DNA of 64,000 nt from Lama glama (taxonomy: Eukaryota). Positions 25,261 through 37,545 of the stretch are shown one piece after another. The notes beneath the pieces are model-generated. The model ran no database searches, was not told the DNA's origin, and saw only the letters and a program-made list of their open reading frames with translations. Each line of letters starts with the position of its first letter. Position 1 is the stretch's first letter. The stretch lies in contig CM052838.1 in NCBI GenBank assembly GCA_028534125.1, forward strand, positions 16,058,001 through 16,122,000, read 5' to 3'. The translations under genes and the position numbers were made by a program.

Positions 25261-26189
25261 TTTAACTTAAGCCTCTCCTCCCTCCACTTCTTCCTTGAAA
25301 GTATTAGCTCCCATTTTGTGTGTGTGCAACTGGCAAATTTCCCCCTGGTGTCCCTAAAAGTCCTTTTCCATGTAAAGCCGGTCCGTCACTCAAACTGTCC
25401 GGCGTAGCAGGACAGATTTGAAAGCAGCTGTTTTAAGTCAGACTTCAGCTCAACCCATGCACTTTCGTCTTGATTCGATCAACGTATTTCTTGACACATG
25501 TAAAGCGTGCTTAAGATCTGAGTCGTTATTTTCTCGGATAATGAGGATCTCTCCAGATGGTGTTTAATCAAATATATTCATCCAGGAGAAGAATCTTTGA
25601 GTTATCACATGACTTTCCTTGGTATTGACAGAGTAATATTAATAAGCAAGGAGAATCCCTTCTTTCTCTGTGCCAACACCGCGTTGGAAAAAGACAGTGG
25701 AAGTTGCTATTTCTTCTGACAAACGAGTTACATTAATCGTCCTCTGTTTAGCATTAATTTGTACCCAGCAATTCACTGTAGCAGTTTTTAAAACTTATTT
25801 CAGTAGAAATTTCTCTATCACGACTAGACGGTTTTTTTACATGCTTTATAAGTTTTCTACAATTAAGACTTCACTATTTCTTTGTTTTACACCACTCCCT
25901 TCAAAAATAAGCACAAACATCAATACCAATTTTAAAGCAGCGAAGCACACACGCTGAGACAGATCTGAACTCAGAGGCAGCAGATGTGGATCTGGATCTT
26001 GTTCCCACTACCTGCGCCCTTCAGCATTCATACTTAAATTCACTAATCTTCATTTTTCTTTTATATGTATCCTCATTTTTAGTAAATGAGAAAAATGAAG
26101 ATTAGAGAATTTAAGTATTAACGTGCAAGGTCAAATGTATATATATTTAAGTATTAAAGCTCAAAGTTTTGTGTGTGTGTGTGTGTTTT

Positions 26190-26647
26190 CACTGGAAAAT
26201 AACTTCATCGAGATTCCACCAGCTATACAATCTGTTCCGACATCAGGCCCCTTCCTCCTTGGCAATTAGGTCTTTCTTAAGGGGTCCCGTGAATGCTTTC
26301 TTCTCTTCCATGGTCTGGAAGCGGCCATGGCCAAATTTGGAGACGGTGTCAACAAACTTGAGGTCAGTCTTCTCCATGGCCAGCCACTTGGTCTGCACCA
26401 GCAAGGACTTGAGCAGGGTGAGCACTCACTTCTTGGTTCCCACCAAGTCATTAGTCACTTCACAGTGGTGGACAAAGCCACCCAGAGGGCTGATGCTCTT
26501 GTCAGTAGAGGCACTGTTTTTGATCAGTTTGCCATCCTTGATGAGGTAGCCCTGGCCAATCTCATAGAGCTTCTTGTTGATCTTGGTGCAGTGATGGTAG
26601 CCTTTCTGCCCAGCCCAAGCCACAAAGAAGGCCATCCAGGCAGGATG

Positions 26648-26650
<3 letters not shown>
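26190..26650 (-). pseudogene. RPL3: 5'-truncated processed pseudogene of 60S ribosomal protein L3 (C-terminal third plus 3' UTR)
   Basis: ORFs 26426-26704 and 26243-26425 are in one frame and read [93 protein letters not shown]. This is the RPL3 C-terminus, intronless, with an in-frame stop at 26426-26428, two internal deletions, and an RPL3-like 3' UTR ending in an A/CA-rich tail. Confidence 0.96.
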
Positions 26651-26689
<39 letters not shown>

Positions 26690-26698
26690 AGAGAGAGA
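26649..26698. repeat. Compound (TG)n(AG)n microsatellite at the RPL3 pseudogene 5' junction
   Basis: Directly visible. Confidence 0.95.
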
Positions 26699-27734
26699 TC
26701 TCATACGGCTACTGATAAGTTAAATATGCTCACACATGCCCAGTGCCTCACCCATCACAATAGCAGCTGCATGTTAACCCTCCTAGTGGCATCTCTGACT
26801 TGAGTTCCCTGAAGGGGCAGATTCACAGCAGCAGAACTTCCACTCGCCTCCCTAGGTAGTATTCTTCTTTATGACAACTTTGTCTTAGTTTTCTAATCTC
26901 TTTAGTCCAACAGGAGCCCCCGCCTATTTCACAGTGGAGATGCTTCTTTAGCAGACTGCAGTTTGGGGGTAGACGGAAGGCGATGACAGCATGAGGTTCT
27001 CATCCTGACTCCTGGAGCGGCGTGAGGGATGGAGGCTGCTGGGCTGAGCACAGGTGCTTCTCCGTGCAACCTTCATCCCTCTGTCTCTCACAGGTAATAC
27101 GTGACTGCAGAAGGACAAATCCAGGACCTTTCAGTGAACTGTCCAGAGAAAACCTAGATCCTAGCAATAGTTAAAACCGCATAAGAACATAACTACCACC
27201 CAGGACTGCTGTGAAGAAAGGCTCCAAGTCAGGAAACTCCTTGGTACAAAACTACGTACCACCTCACGAGTCTTGACAGTTGGTACCTACTAGTTCTCTT
27301 TGTCTCCCTTTGCCTCGTTTCACGCACCTGGGTTCTCATGCAGTGCTGTCCTCTGAGGTCCAGCTGTTCTGCCAATGTGCGATGAAGCCAATTTCCAACC
27401 GGCTCTAATGCAATCTGACCCCTACCCAATACGGCTGTACCCTGGTAGCACAGCCATTGAAACTGCTACTTAATAACATGCTCTGTGGTCCTGAAGACAG
27501 TCACAAGAGGAATGGGTTTCTCTTTGGGCACAGAAAATACCACCCCAGGATCGTAAATTGTCTGAAGCAATGTGTGCATCTGCTTATAACGTTCAAAACT
27601 GTAACCCAATTGAACTCTTCTGTGGACACACTGTAACTCAAATAACACTTCTTGTTTGGTTGGTCGACTTATTTTAAATATTTATAAGATTCCATTATGA
27701 TTTAGTGAAAACAGCACTCAATCTTATCATATTT

Positions 27735-28245
27735 TTATGGCAACCAGAGTGATTTTTAAATACACAGGTCTGATTATTTCCTTTCATACTTTATGGTCTG
27801 AGGACAAAGACCAGGATGTATAAGTTGAATAAAGCATGACCCAGCTTGGCCACTTCATCTGCCTCATTTCTCGCCACTGTCCCCCTGGCATTGCTAGAAC
27901 ACTCTCTCCCTTTCCGCGTCTGCTCCCCACGGTGTCACCCTTTTCATCTAAGCAGTTTATCTTCATCATGTAAATCTCAATTCTAAGATTACCCCAGGGA
28001 CGCCTTTGTTGAAAATCCCTCTTTGTGTGCTCGCACAGCAACCTGTACTTCGTCAGAGCAGCAACATCACCGCTTATCATCATAAATTTATTTGTGAGTT
28101 TCTGTGATCAGTAGATTTCTCCCCGACCAAGCTGCAAGCTTCTCGAGGGCAGGGGACAATGTCTGTTCGCACGTCAGTGCCTGATACAGACACCGTTCAC
28201 ACTTAGATAAGTTTTATTGAATGAAGGAAGGAAATAGGGAATGGA
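27735..28245 (+). mobile_element. LINE-2 3' portion
   Basis: GCAACCAGAGTGATTTTTAAA..TCTGATTAT..GCAAGCTTCTCGAGGGCAGGGGAC..TATTGAATGAAGGAAGG. Confidence 0.8.
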
Positions 28246-31200
28246 TGAGTTTCTGTTAAGCTGCAGATTTGTGACCTTCTTTTACACATTTAAAAAAAAG
28301 TTTGTATGCACGCTATTGGCATCAGTAACTGATGGATCACGCATGTTGTATTTTCTGTATCTCCTACTGGCACCAGAAACTGAGCGAGACATTAAACACG
28401 AATTGTTCAAAGGCGCTGTAAACAGCTAAGCTTTACGATGGCATTAGTTGTTGTTGTCATTACCTCAAAGGTACAAGAAGGAAGATTGGTTTCTCGTCGT
28501 TAAATTAGTCCTGAAATCCCAGTATTTATAAACCGGAATACTATGGTTCTACACTGGCCCAGTGAACGATTCTTCCATTCATGAAATATTTATCAGTTGC
28601 ACACTGTTCTAAGAAGATCACTCCTTACAGGCAGTTCTAGGGGAGGATGTAAATCTGAAGGGGAAAGAGAAACATACTTATTTGTTTTTTATGATATTCA
28701 CACAAATGCTACAAAAATAGAAATTATCAATTTGATTTCCCTTTAGATTGCCCAGCAATGCCTACATCCCTGAAGGCCATTGCCATATGTCAAGTGAAAG
28801 TGACAATGTGCTGTTCAAAAGAAGTGACAAAGATTGTTTCGGCAGCATTAAGACAATAATGTAAAGCTTCTTAAATAGCTCTCTTGCACCACTGTGTGTT
28901 AAAAACGATTGTTTAGGGTCTAACAGCTCTGATCTGGTGCTGCCTCTCTGAATGACGCTATACCAACCCGATGAGTCAGCCAAGTGTAGCTATCAGAAAA
29001 GAAACAATAAATGCGATAAAAGAAAAAAAAAGGTGAGAATATTTATTAAAATGGAGACAGTAATTAATGCAAATTGAATAAATTTAAAAGAACATAAAAT
29101 TGAGACCTACTCCCTGGAGTTCTAAAACCTGAGTTACAATAATTATCTTTAAGAAGAAATTTTCCTAGATAACTAAAATGGAAAAAATTCCACTAGCTTC
29201 AAATTTTTAGGAGACAGTTTGCAGCCTTGTGTTCACAATGAAATAGAAACGCTCCACCGTTTGCAGGTTTGTTATGCTTGTTATTTTTAATTTTTAAGTT
29301 AAGAAAAATTAAAGACAAGTGAGAAGTAAAATTTGCAGTCATAGTCTCTACTATCTTTTTTATACATTTAGAACTTAGTTATTTTATTTAGATTTTCAAT
29401 AGCTAAAAGCGGCTGACCATTCTCGGTTGGTATTTGGGAGGGGATACTGAAATTTCTTCTATTATCTTGACTCATACTAATATTTGAAAATTGTCTTAAT
29501 GAGTTTACAGACAGGAATATCTATAAATTGGATCCAAGGAATTTTGAGAGCCAATAAATGAGGGTTATTGCTCATGTCCTGGAAGAGGGAAAGACAAAAG
29601 AANNNNNNNNNNNNNNNNNNNNNNNNNNNNNNNNNNNNNNNNNNNNNNNNNNNNNNNNNNNNNNNNNNNNNNNNNNNNNNNNNNNNNNNNNNNNNNNNNN
29701 NNNNNNNNNNNNNNNNNNNNNNNNNNNNNNNNNNNNNNNNNNNNAGAATCTAAGCATCTTGGGTGGAGAACTGGCTGGTGTCTTCCTAAGCCACTGAGGT
29801 GGTTGACATCAATTTCTCTTGATCCTAAGAACATTACATTCACTGTCATAGAGAGACTAGAGACATAGAGACATGTTGCATTTGTTTCAGGTCCTATGTG
29901 AGTGAAGCACACAGATAGAGAACTTTGAAAGTGGTGTGACTGTAAGATTTCCGATAGTCCAGAAAGTTTAGTATGTGTAGTCCAGGTTGTAGAAAGCACA
30001 TATTGCAAAGGCCACAAGTGAGGAATCAGGACAAGGACCCCTAGCCTCTGCTTCCCTGCATCATTCAACCATGAGTGAAGCAGAAAGTATTCACAATGAG
30101 AGATGACTTCACGAAATTCCAAATTTCGTGTGCATGTTGACAAATTTAATGTTAGATAGATTATATATGTATATAAAACACATGTACATTAAAGTAAAGT
30201 AATAATGCATATATAATAAAATGAATATATATGGATAGATGTGTGGGTGTTTATTTTTATTCTTTGTTAGGTAAATCATAAATGTATTCTTATATTAGGA
30301 ATATCTGCAAGATGACTGGACAAGACAATGTTTCATGTGGCAAGTATTCTTAGATATTGAGTAAAATATACAAAACCCAAAATAACACTTAGAAAACTAA
30401 TATCTCTATTAATTATGGAAGGCATGTTTAAACGAAGAAAGAAAATAAATACATTTTAGCTCAGATTCATTTCTAATCACCATACTTCAAAAATGAACAA
30501 TTTTTTTATAACATAAAAAGACTGACAATAACAAAAATGACCAAAGCAATGCAAAACGAATCTTTGAACAATTTATAAATTGGATTGTGAATTATTTTTG
30601 TCATAGAGAAAACAGTTTAGGTAGCAACCTGATTTATAATTTTTAACTATAAAAAGAGTTGGAATAAGGAAACTCCTGACCAGATAGTCAGGGTTTTCAG
30701 AGCTGGGAAAAAAGCTTTCTGGTTATGACATCTCAAATCCACTTAAAGAATGAAGCAGCTTAGCAAAACTCCTGAAAATTCCCTCTTTCTACAGGGATAC
30801 ACTTCGATACAGAGAATATACCGCCTCACACTTTCTGTAACGTCTGTAATTATTAAGAAGGCTTGACTTTATTGAGATAACTCTTTAATGATAACCTCTA
30901 TACATTGGTCTGTAGTCTCTTTTGGTCAGTAATTTAACAAACATTTATTGAACACATACTATACACAAGGGACCAGAGTCCAATAAAATTCAACAGAATT
31001 ACTAAGTCACACACCATGGTGAATAAGGCATCCTTTACAGTGATACAAACGGACACAAAGTGGGTATCTTTCCCTCCATGCACTCTCACTCTACAAATGC
31101 GTGCTGTGCACAGAGACCTGCGACAATTTTTACCCAAAAGGCGCTGTCAAATCTAAACTCTACTATCAAATCTACTGACACACATCAGCGAAAATGCTTA

Positions 31201-34200
31201 ATTTCAAGTCAGACCCGGGAAGAGAAAGCAGAGGATGCTGCTACAATTGTCCATGAGCTGTTTTTCTAATGACAAGTGTCTCCTGCTTCTGCTTTTTAAA
31301 TGGATTTTTTGTTATCACTATCAATTACCTCCACAGTTTTAAAGTGAGTAAGTTTCCTACAGAAGTAGAAATGCCTTTGGAGACAGTCAGTGACTCTAAC
31401 AGGTCTTGAAAACCCAGTATTTCACAAGAAAAAGTTGGAATGATAAGGTATATTGAGATAGAAGATTGCTATACTATGAAGCTGGAATTTGTATATGATA
31501 CTGCCCAGTTTCTGCACACAAAAATCTCAACAAATAAGGCCACTGTTCAGTAATGGAGCAACGGGTGTGTTGAATTATTTGTCTGCATGAATACTTGGTA
31601 GATCGTTACATGGGTATTTAAGAGTATTTCAGTCATGCTGAGGACTCTGGCTGGGGTTTTTGATTAAGATGGAAACACATAATTCTATTTCCATTTAAAG
31701 TGCAGAAATACAGGTTCTTGCAATCCCCAAATTCCCAGTACTCTGCTAACTTTCAGAGAGGATAACAACCAGCGAATGGGGATGTCTAAACTTCAGGTGG
31801 AGGCTGAGGACCAGCCGTTCAGTTAACACGCTCCAGGACACTGCTAGTGGGGCACACTCTTAGCTCAGATTTGCCTTGCAGTATTTGGGGGTTTTTGTTT
31901 GTCTGTTTGCTTTTTCAGGAGTTTAAGAATACACTTAAAAGTTAAAAGCATATGAATTAAAAAGTTCTATTCTTACATCTGTCTTCCATTCCATATCCCA
32001 TGTTTTTTAAACTTCTTTTTAGGTTTGTCTTGCAGTATTTGAACACTAAGAACTCTCTGTGCATCAAGCCATCCTATCTTCATCTCGTCATTCTTAAACC
32101 TCAGTCTATGGCTTTATATATATATCCACCAAAGATGATATTTAATTTGGTTAGCTATTCAAGACTAGTCACATTTTGGTCCTTTTTTTAAAGAATCTAG
32201 AGCATCTTTCCCAACCACCACCTCCTACACTCATATTTCCCCTATGTTTGTTCAGCAAATGGCAATTTAAAATGTATACTTAACAGTGGTGAGTTCATGG
32301 GCACTGTATTATTAAGCTTTTTAACAAATACATTATTTTTAAATGACTAGATCTTAGATGAATTTCCTGCCATCATAGAGCTACCAGCTGTGTAGGGTGG
32401 GACCACAGAGATATCTTGACTCTTTCTAATGATTTTTCCTTAAGCCAGCCCTCAATTCACTGATGAACTTCTAAACCACAAAATGTCAACTTACCTTCCT
32501 TATCTATAAAAGTCTGATTGAGAAAAACCCTGTCTCATGTGGACAGGAGGAACCATTTTTTCACTGTCATCATGACAGAAATGCAAGACTGGATCCAAAC
32601 AGGAGGAAGGAGGTTCCTGCCCGGAAACCATGAGGCCAATAAACCCTCTTTGAATTTCAACCCTTTTTGAGGGAGGATTCCTTTACTCTCCCAGCTATGC
32701 TATAAAATGGAAATGAAACTTCCATGATCTAAGCCAGTAGGCAAGTCGCACTTGAACGATCAAAGAAAGTTGGGAGAACCTTGTTCTCCCTTTGACGACG
32801 CCATTTTTTTTCTTTAGTTCCCAAAGCATTAGCTTATAAACTTATCTCTACTAATAATTCTATATCGAGACAAAAGGATTGAGGGGTTTATAAAGGGCCC
32901 TAAATGACTGTTCTTAGAAGTAAAGTTCTCATATGACCAAAAAAAAAATCATTCCTTGCCTCCAAAACATATATTGATTGTCTCCACACAAACAGAGCAG
33001 AAATTGCTCATAAGTAGAACAGGATAGTTTTTGTTTGAAATACGTTTACACCTTCTCACCTCATGTTTCTTCTAGTTACTTTTCCTCTGACATTCTGAGC
33101 TAAGACACTTGTAATACTTTATTTTTTCCCGTCTGTATCTCACTATAAAATAAAGAAAAACCAGGAACCTGAGATTGCAAAATGATAATAAACCTAAAAC
33201 GCATTTTGAGTGATAGTTAGCAACATAAAACTGTCAAAGCGGACATAGATATTTTCACCCCAAGAATCGTAAGAATAAGTATAGAACCACGGACAAACTG
33301 AACTGTTTGAGGTGGAGGGGACCTTTGGGATTAGCTGAGGCAGAGTTAGGTCCCCAACACAAATGGTATATCAGGTTGACAGACAGACAGACAGACAGAC
33401 TCCAGCTCCTTTGAGTGGCTGAACAGCAACATTCACCCTCAAACGAGACAGCTGCACACGGCCCAGACCTCTGTCATCAGAAGCCCAGTTTCAGAAGCCG
33501 CAGCACAGGGCCAACTGCACACACAGCAGAAGAGGAGACGGGTCCTTTTCCAAAGAACAGACTCAGCTTTCGTTTTTCTTCTCCAGCATCTTTTCCTGCA
33601 TTTTTGGTTTCCCTTCTGCGTTCTGAAAATGCTACTTCCTCCCAGAGACATCACCAACAGGAGGAAATAAACACACAGCCTCTCCACGTTTGCCCCTAGG
33701 CTCTCCTTCACCCACGTGCCTGGAGCTTCCCCTCATTCTCAACCATTCCATCAGTCTACTTCCCCAGCAATCACACTGGCCTGCTCTTGGCATCCAGGTG
33801 AGAGCGGAGCCTGGGGCAGAAACAGGAATGCGCCACGCTGGGCTCTCAGAGAGAGGGCCCACTGGGGGCACCTGGTCAGAGAGGAGAACCCTAAAGACAG
33901 ACGAAGAGCTTTATGTCCCAGGCCGCCTGATCACACCACCCACCCAGGCCCTGCTGACACGTCGTGCCCAGAGTCCGGAGAGCTGCAGCCAAAGCTATCT
34001 TTGGATAGCTAGTCTGTGGTTACCAAAAGCAAAGAAAAGGAAAGACATATAAATTTGCACCAAGCAGTCTGCTGATTTCTATTCGTAGCTGCTTTCAAAT
34101 ATTTGCAAATCAACAGGTCAACTGATAGAGTTTATAATCCCTGTAAAAGATGTATGCTGTGTGTGTGTGTGTGTACGTGTGACTGTGTGTGCACGTGGAT

Positions 34201-34794
34201 ATGGACGCGTATATGTGTGAGTATGAGAGACAGAGAGGAGGGGAGGAAAGCCAGAGGGGAGTCAGAACACCCCTACAACACTCTCAGGTGGGTGGATCCT
34301 ACGAAAGAGAGGGCCCTTTGTGCTGCAAACAACCTTGATACTTTGGATGTGTGAGTATGACAATGGGAGCCAGAGAAGATGGAATATTCTGCACAGTAGA
34401 GGAGTTATGGTTTGGAGCTCCTGGGGGGCAGTTTTGGAACAACTAGGCTCGACACAAAAATGAGAGAAGTGGGAGAAAAGCAGCCCAGGCAAAGGCTCAC
34501 CAACACGCTATCCCCTTGCAATACCGCAGTGTTCACTCTGTTCATCGCCACAGGCAGGCACATGCCTAGGTTTCACGTTCTGAAGTGGGGTCAAACAGTA
34601 GCAGTAACCAAGTGCACAGGAGCTGGAGGGAGACGGGAGCAGGAGAAGATGTAACACAGAAATTTTGTAAGAGTTTTAGAATTCCACAGACCTTGGAACT
34701 GTAAGAACACTATGTAGTCAATTAGATCTCCAAGGAGCAAACAGGGACCCGGCTGCATTACCCAACCTGGTAATGCACTGTCTTAAAACTTTAA

Positions 34795-34818
34795 CACACA
34801 CACACACACACACACACA
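34795..34818. repeat. (CA)n microsatellite
   Basis: Directly visible. Confidence 0.95.
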
Positions 34819-35764
34819 ACAAAACAACAACTTCGGCTCAAAGAATATGTAGAATAATTTCAAGACTACAAATGGAGGAAAAATAGCAGCAATCAAACTG
34901 GACTCTAGAAGGGCCCGATCTCAACTTAACTCTTTCCACATACAAGCGTCCCCCAAACTGGCGTGAAGGAGACGACAAGAGTTAAGAAGAACTAGACCCA
35001 CCACCTTGCTCATTCACCGTGTTCATCCCAGGGAGAAGGAGGCTGAGGATGCTCCCCCTTCGTGGAGGAAATCGACAAGTCTCCCCTCATCCTCAGCAGA
35101 GCCAGGTGCCTGCCACAGGTTGATCGGCCCAGGCATCTTTCGATCCAAAGGCCACCTTGTCCTCTAAAAAAGGACAAGGCCAGTGTTCCATCAAGACATC
35201 GGGGACCCCAGGTGGACATGATTCCCATTAGAAATTATTATACTCATTTGTGCTGGAATAAATATTCACAAGGCTGAAACAAAAACCAAACTGCTAATCA
35301 GATGATATTCAACAAAAATTAAAGCACGTTCTTGAAATCATTGTGTACAACACCACTTAACATGTTCCCTACTGCAACTTTGATTTATGCATAATGACCA
35401 AAATTACCACGCACGGGGAGAAGAGGACTGTTGAACGCGTTCAATATCATTGTTGTTCCGACTGGAAGAATTTCGGGTAGAAGAGAGTTCTTGACAGCAT
35501 TTTACAGCACACGGTAGGAACCACATCAGCTTAAGCAACCAGAGTTCTATCCTTCATAGCGACCCCCATGCTGTAAACATTTACTCTTGCAAACATTTAC
35601 TGTACTGTGTACTGACACTATGCTTGTCTTGGTTAATTACTGTGAGGACCACAGAGAAAATGCCCTTGATCGCACAGAATGAGATGCACACACAGGTGAC
35701 AACAATGCCAACAGACGATGAGAACTGGTTTTGGAAGCGTGATATTAGTCATCATTACCATTTG

Positions 35765-35960
35765 TTAAATACCGGCTGGGGGTCAGATACTGCGGCAACT
35801 TGAAGCCTTAGCTGTCACAATAAAGCAAGGGTTTTGCTCTTCTGCCCACTCAACAAAAAGGAGGAACCAGAAGTCGAGAGCAGCTGAGGTGCTCACTAGC
35901 AAGGACGCTGTCAGCGGCAGAAGTGGGTTTGTCTGTGTCCAATGCCCACGACTTCTATAC
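35765..35960 (-). mobile_element. MIR SINE fragment
   Basis: CACAATAAAGCAAGG..CCCACTCAACAAAAAGGAGGAACCAGAAGTCGAGAG: reverse MIR core. Confidence 0.55.
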
Positions 35961-36071
35961 TAAGTTACAACGTATCTAAATAAAATGACAATCATCAAGG
36001 CAAGATATGAGAGCCTGTTGGTCGTACTTAGGGTGAAGGTGTCCTTATAGATTGGCTTTATCAGATAAGTT

Positions 36072-36185
36072 GGGGGGCAGTAATTAGGCTTATTTATTCA
36101 TTTATTTTAGTGGAGGTGCTGGGGATTGGACCCAGGACATTGCACATGCTAGGCATGCACTCTACCGCTGAGCTATACCCTCCCC
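36072..36185 (-). mobile_element. tRNA-Ala-derived SINE, camelid Vic-1-like
   Basis: Minus strand reads GGGTATAGCTCAGCGGTAGAGTGCATGCCTAGCATGTGCAATGTCCTGGGTCCAATCCCCAGCACCTCC, then an A-rich tract and CCTAATTACTGCCCCCC. Confidence 0.9.
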
Positions 36186-36232
36186 ACCTAGAGATTCTTG
36201 TTATTTTGGGCTTTTTTGGGGGGAGGGGAGGC

Positions 36233-36258
36233 TTTTTTTGAAGGGGAGGTAATTAGGT

Positions 36259-36298
<40 letters not shown>

Positions 36299-36375
36299 AT
36301 GGAGGTACTGGGGATTGAACCCAAGACCTTGCGTATGCTAAGCACGTGCTCTACAACTGAGCTATACCCTCTCCC
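36233..36375 (-). mobile_element. tRNA-Ala-derived SINE, camelid Vic-1-like (second tandem copy)
   Basis: Same tRNA head with A box TAGCTCAG and B box GGTTCAATCC, an expanded (AAAT)n tract, and a CCTAATTACCTCCCC tail with poly-A. Confidence 0.9.
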
Positions 36376-36599
36376 TATATGTATTAAAAAGAAAAAAAAC
36401 AGATTAGTAGGCAGAGGGTCTTCGTAGGGCAGGGAAGAGACGGAACAAAGCCACAAACATGGAAAGTCCTAGGATGGGGTGCATGGCTTAGATGGACTCT
36501 GGAGCAGGGAAGATGAGTTGGGGCTCAATAACATAGCACTGCTGATGAATAAAAACAACTTGAGTTAGAATCTAGGCGAAATTTGGAATGGAAATGAGA

Positions 36600-37545
36600 G
36601 GATGAGGTACATTTTCACTTGGGTTATTTAACAGAAAACTAGTGCAAAAAGCCTCTGTCAAATGTATTCATTTCCCCCTAGAAACAGCACATGTTTCTTC
36701 CCATCAGCTGTCTCAGAAAACGGCAACTCCATCAACCAGATGCTCGAGAAGGAAGCTCAAGGGACATGCGTGATTCTTCCCTTTCTCTCACTCCTACCGT
36801 CTCACAATCATGGAATCTACCCATCTGCCTCTGAAATCTCCAGTGAACCCTTGTCCTTCCACGTTAGGCCACGATCATTTCTCAGCTACCTTATAGCAAC
36901 ACTTTCTTAATCAAACTCTCTCTCCAGGCTTTGCCTCTTTCTACCTAGTATGGAAAAGGCTTCAGTCCCAACGTTTTGACAAGCAAATTTGGTCACATTA
37001 CTCCCTACTTTCAAACCTTTCAAGGAATCCCATTGTCCACTGTTCTCAGGAGAACAGCACAGTTTTTGGCGGGGCCCTTTTTCTCTGTCCAGCTTGATTC
37101 TGCTGCACTTGTACATCACTATCTAGACTCCTCCCCAGGCTGAACTTTTTTTCTTTTTTCAGTCTCTCAAATAAGCCATGCTTTCTCTCACCAGAAACAT
37201 CACACATGTTGCCTCGGCTTGGCTCTCTCTCTCCTGATCTCTGTTCTTCACCAACATCTCCAGTGAACATACACTGAAAATAAAGAATTCAAATCACCTC
37301 TTTCAGGAAGCCTTCCCTGATTTCACTGTCTAGATTAGACTCACTTATCATAAAGGTTTCCATGTCAAATATTTTTCATTAAAGAATATATCACACTCAA
37401 TCACAACTGGCTGCTCACTTGTCTGTTGTACCTAGATTTAGCATTTTGGGATGCAAGACTTTTTTCATTTTTGTATCTTCAAGGCTTGAAGAAAAGTAGA
37501 CTGATACTCAATATTTCCTTAAAAACAAACACTAATGAACAAATG
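36600..37545 (+). mobile_element. LINE-2 3' portion
   Basis: AAAACGGCAACTCCATC..GGTCACATTACTCCCTACTTTCAAACCTTTCAA..CACCTCTTTCAGGAAGCCTTCCCTGA..ATGAACAAATGAA. Confidence 0.82.

Larger units (their letters stand above)
25965..26780. mobile_element. MIR fragments surrounding the RPL3 pseudogene (+ 25965-26060, - 26070-26135, + 26700-26780)
   Basis: MIR-like head at 25965, CCTCATTTT..ATGAGAAAAATGAAGATTAGAGA in reverse orientation, and an MIR-tail-like CCAGTGCCT..ATGTTA after 26700. Confidence 0.5.

Noticed and set aside
26327-26803. 158-aa plus-strand ORF
   Set aside because: Antisense shadow of the RPL3 pseudogene running through a (TG)n repeat.
33415-34052. Cluster of overlapping 79-120 aa ORFs
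   Set aside because: Locally higher GC lowers stop frequency. There is no recognisable domain or consistent splice frame, and CpG density is too low to call an island.
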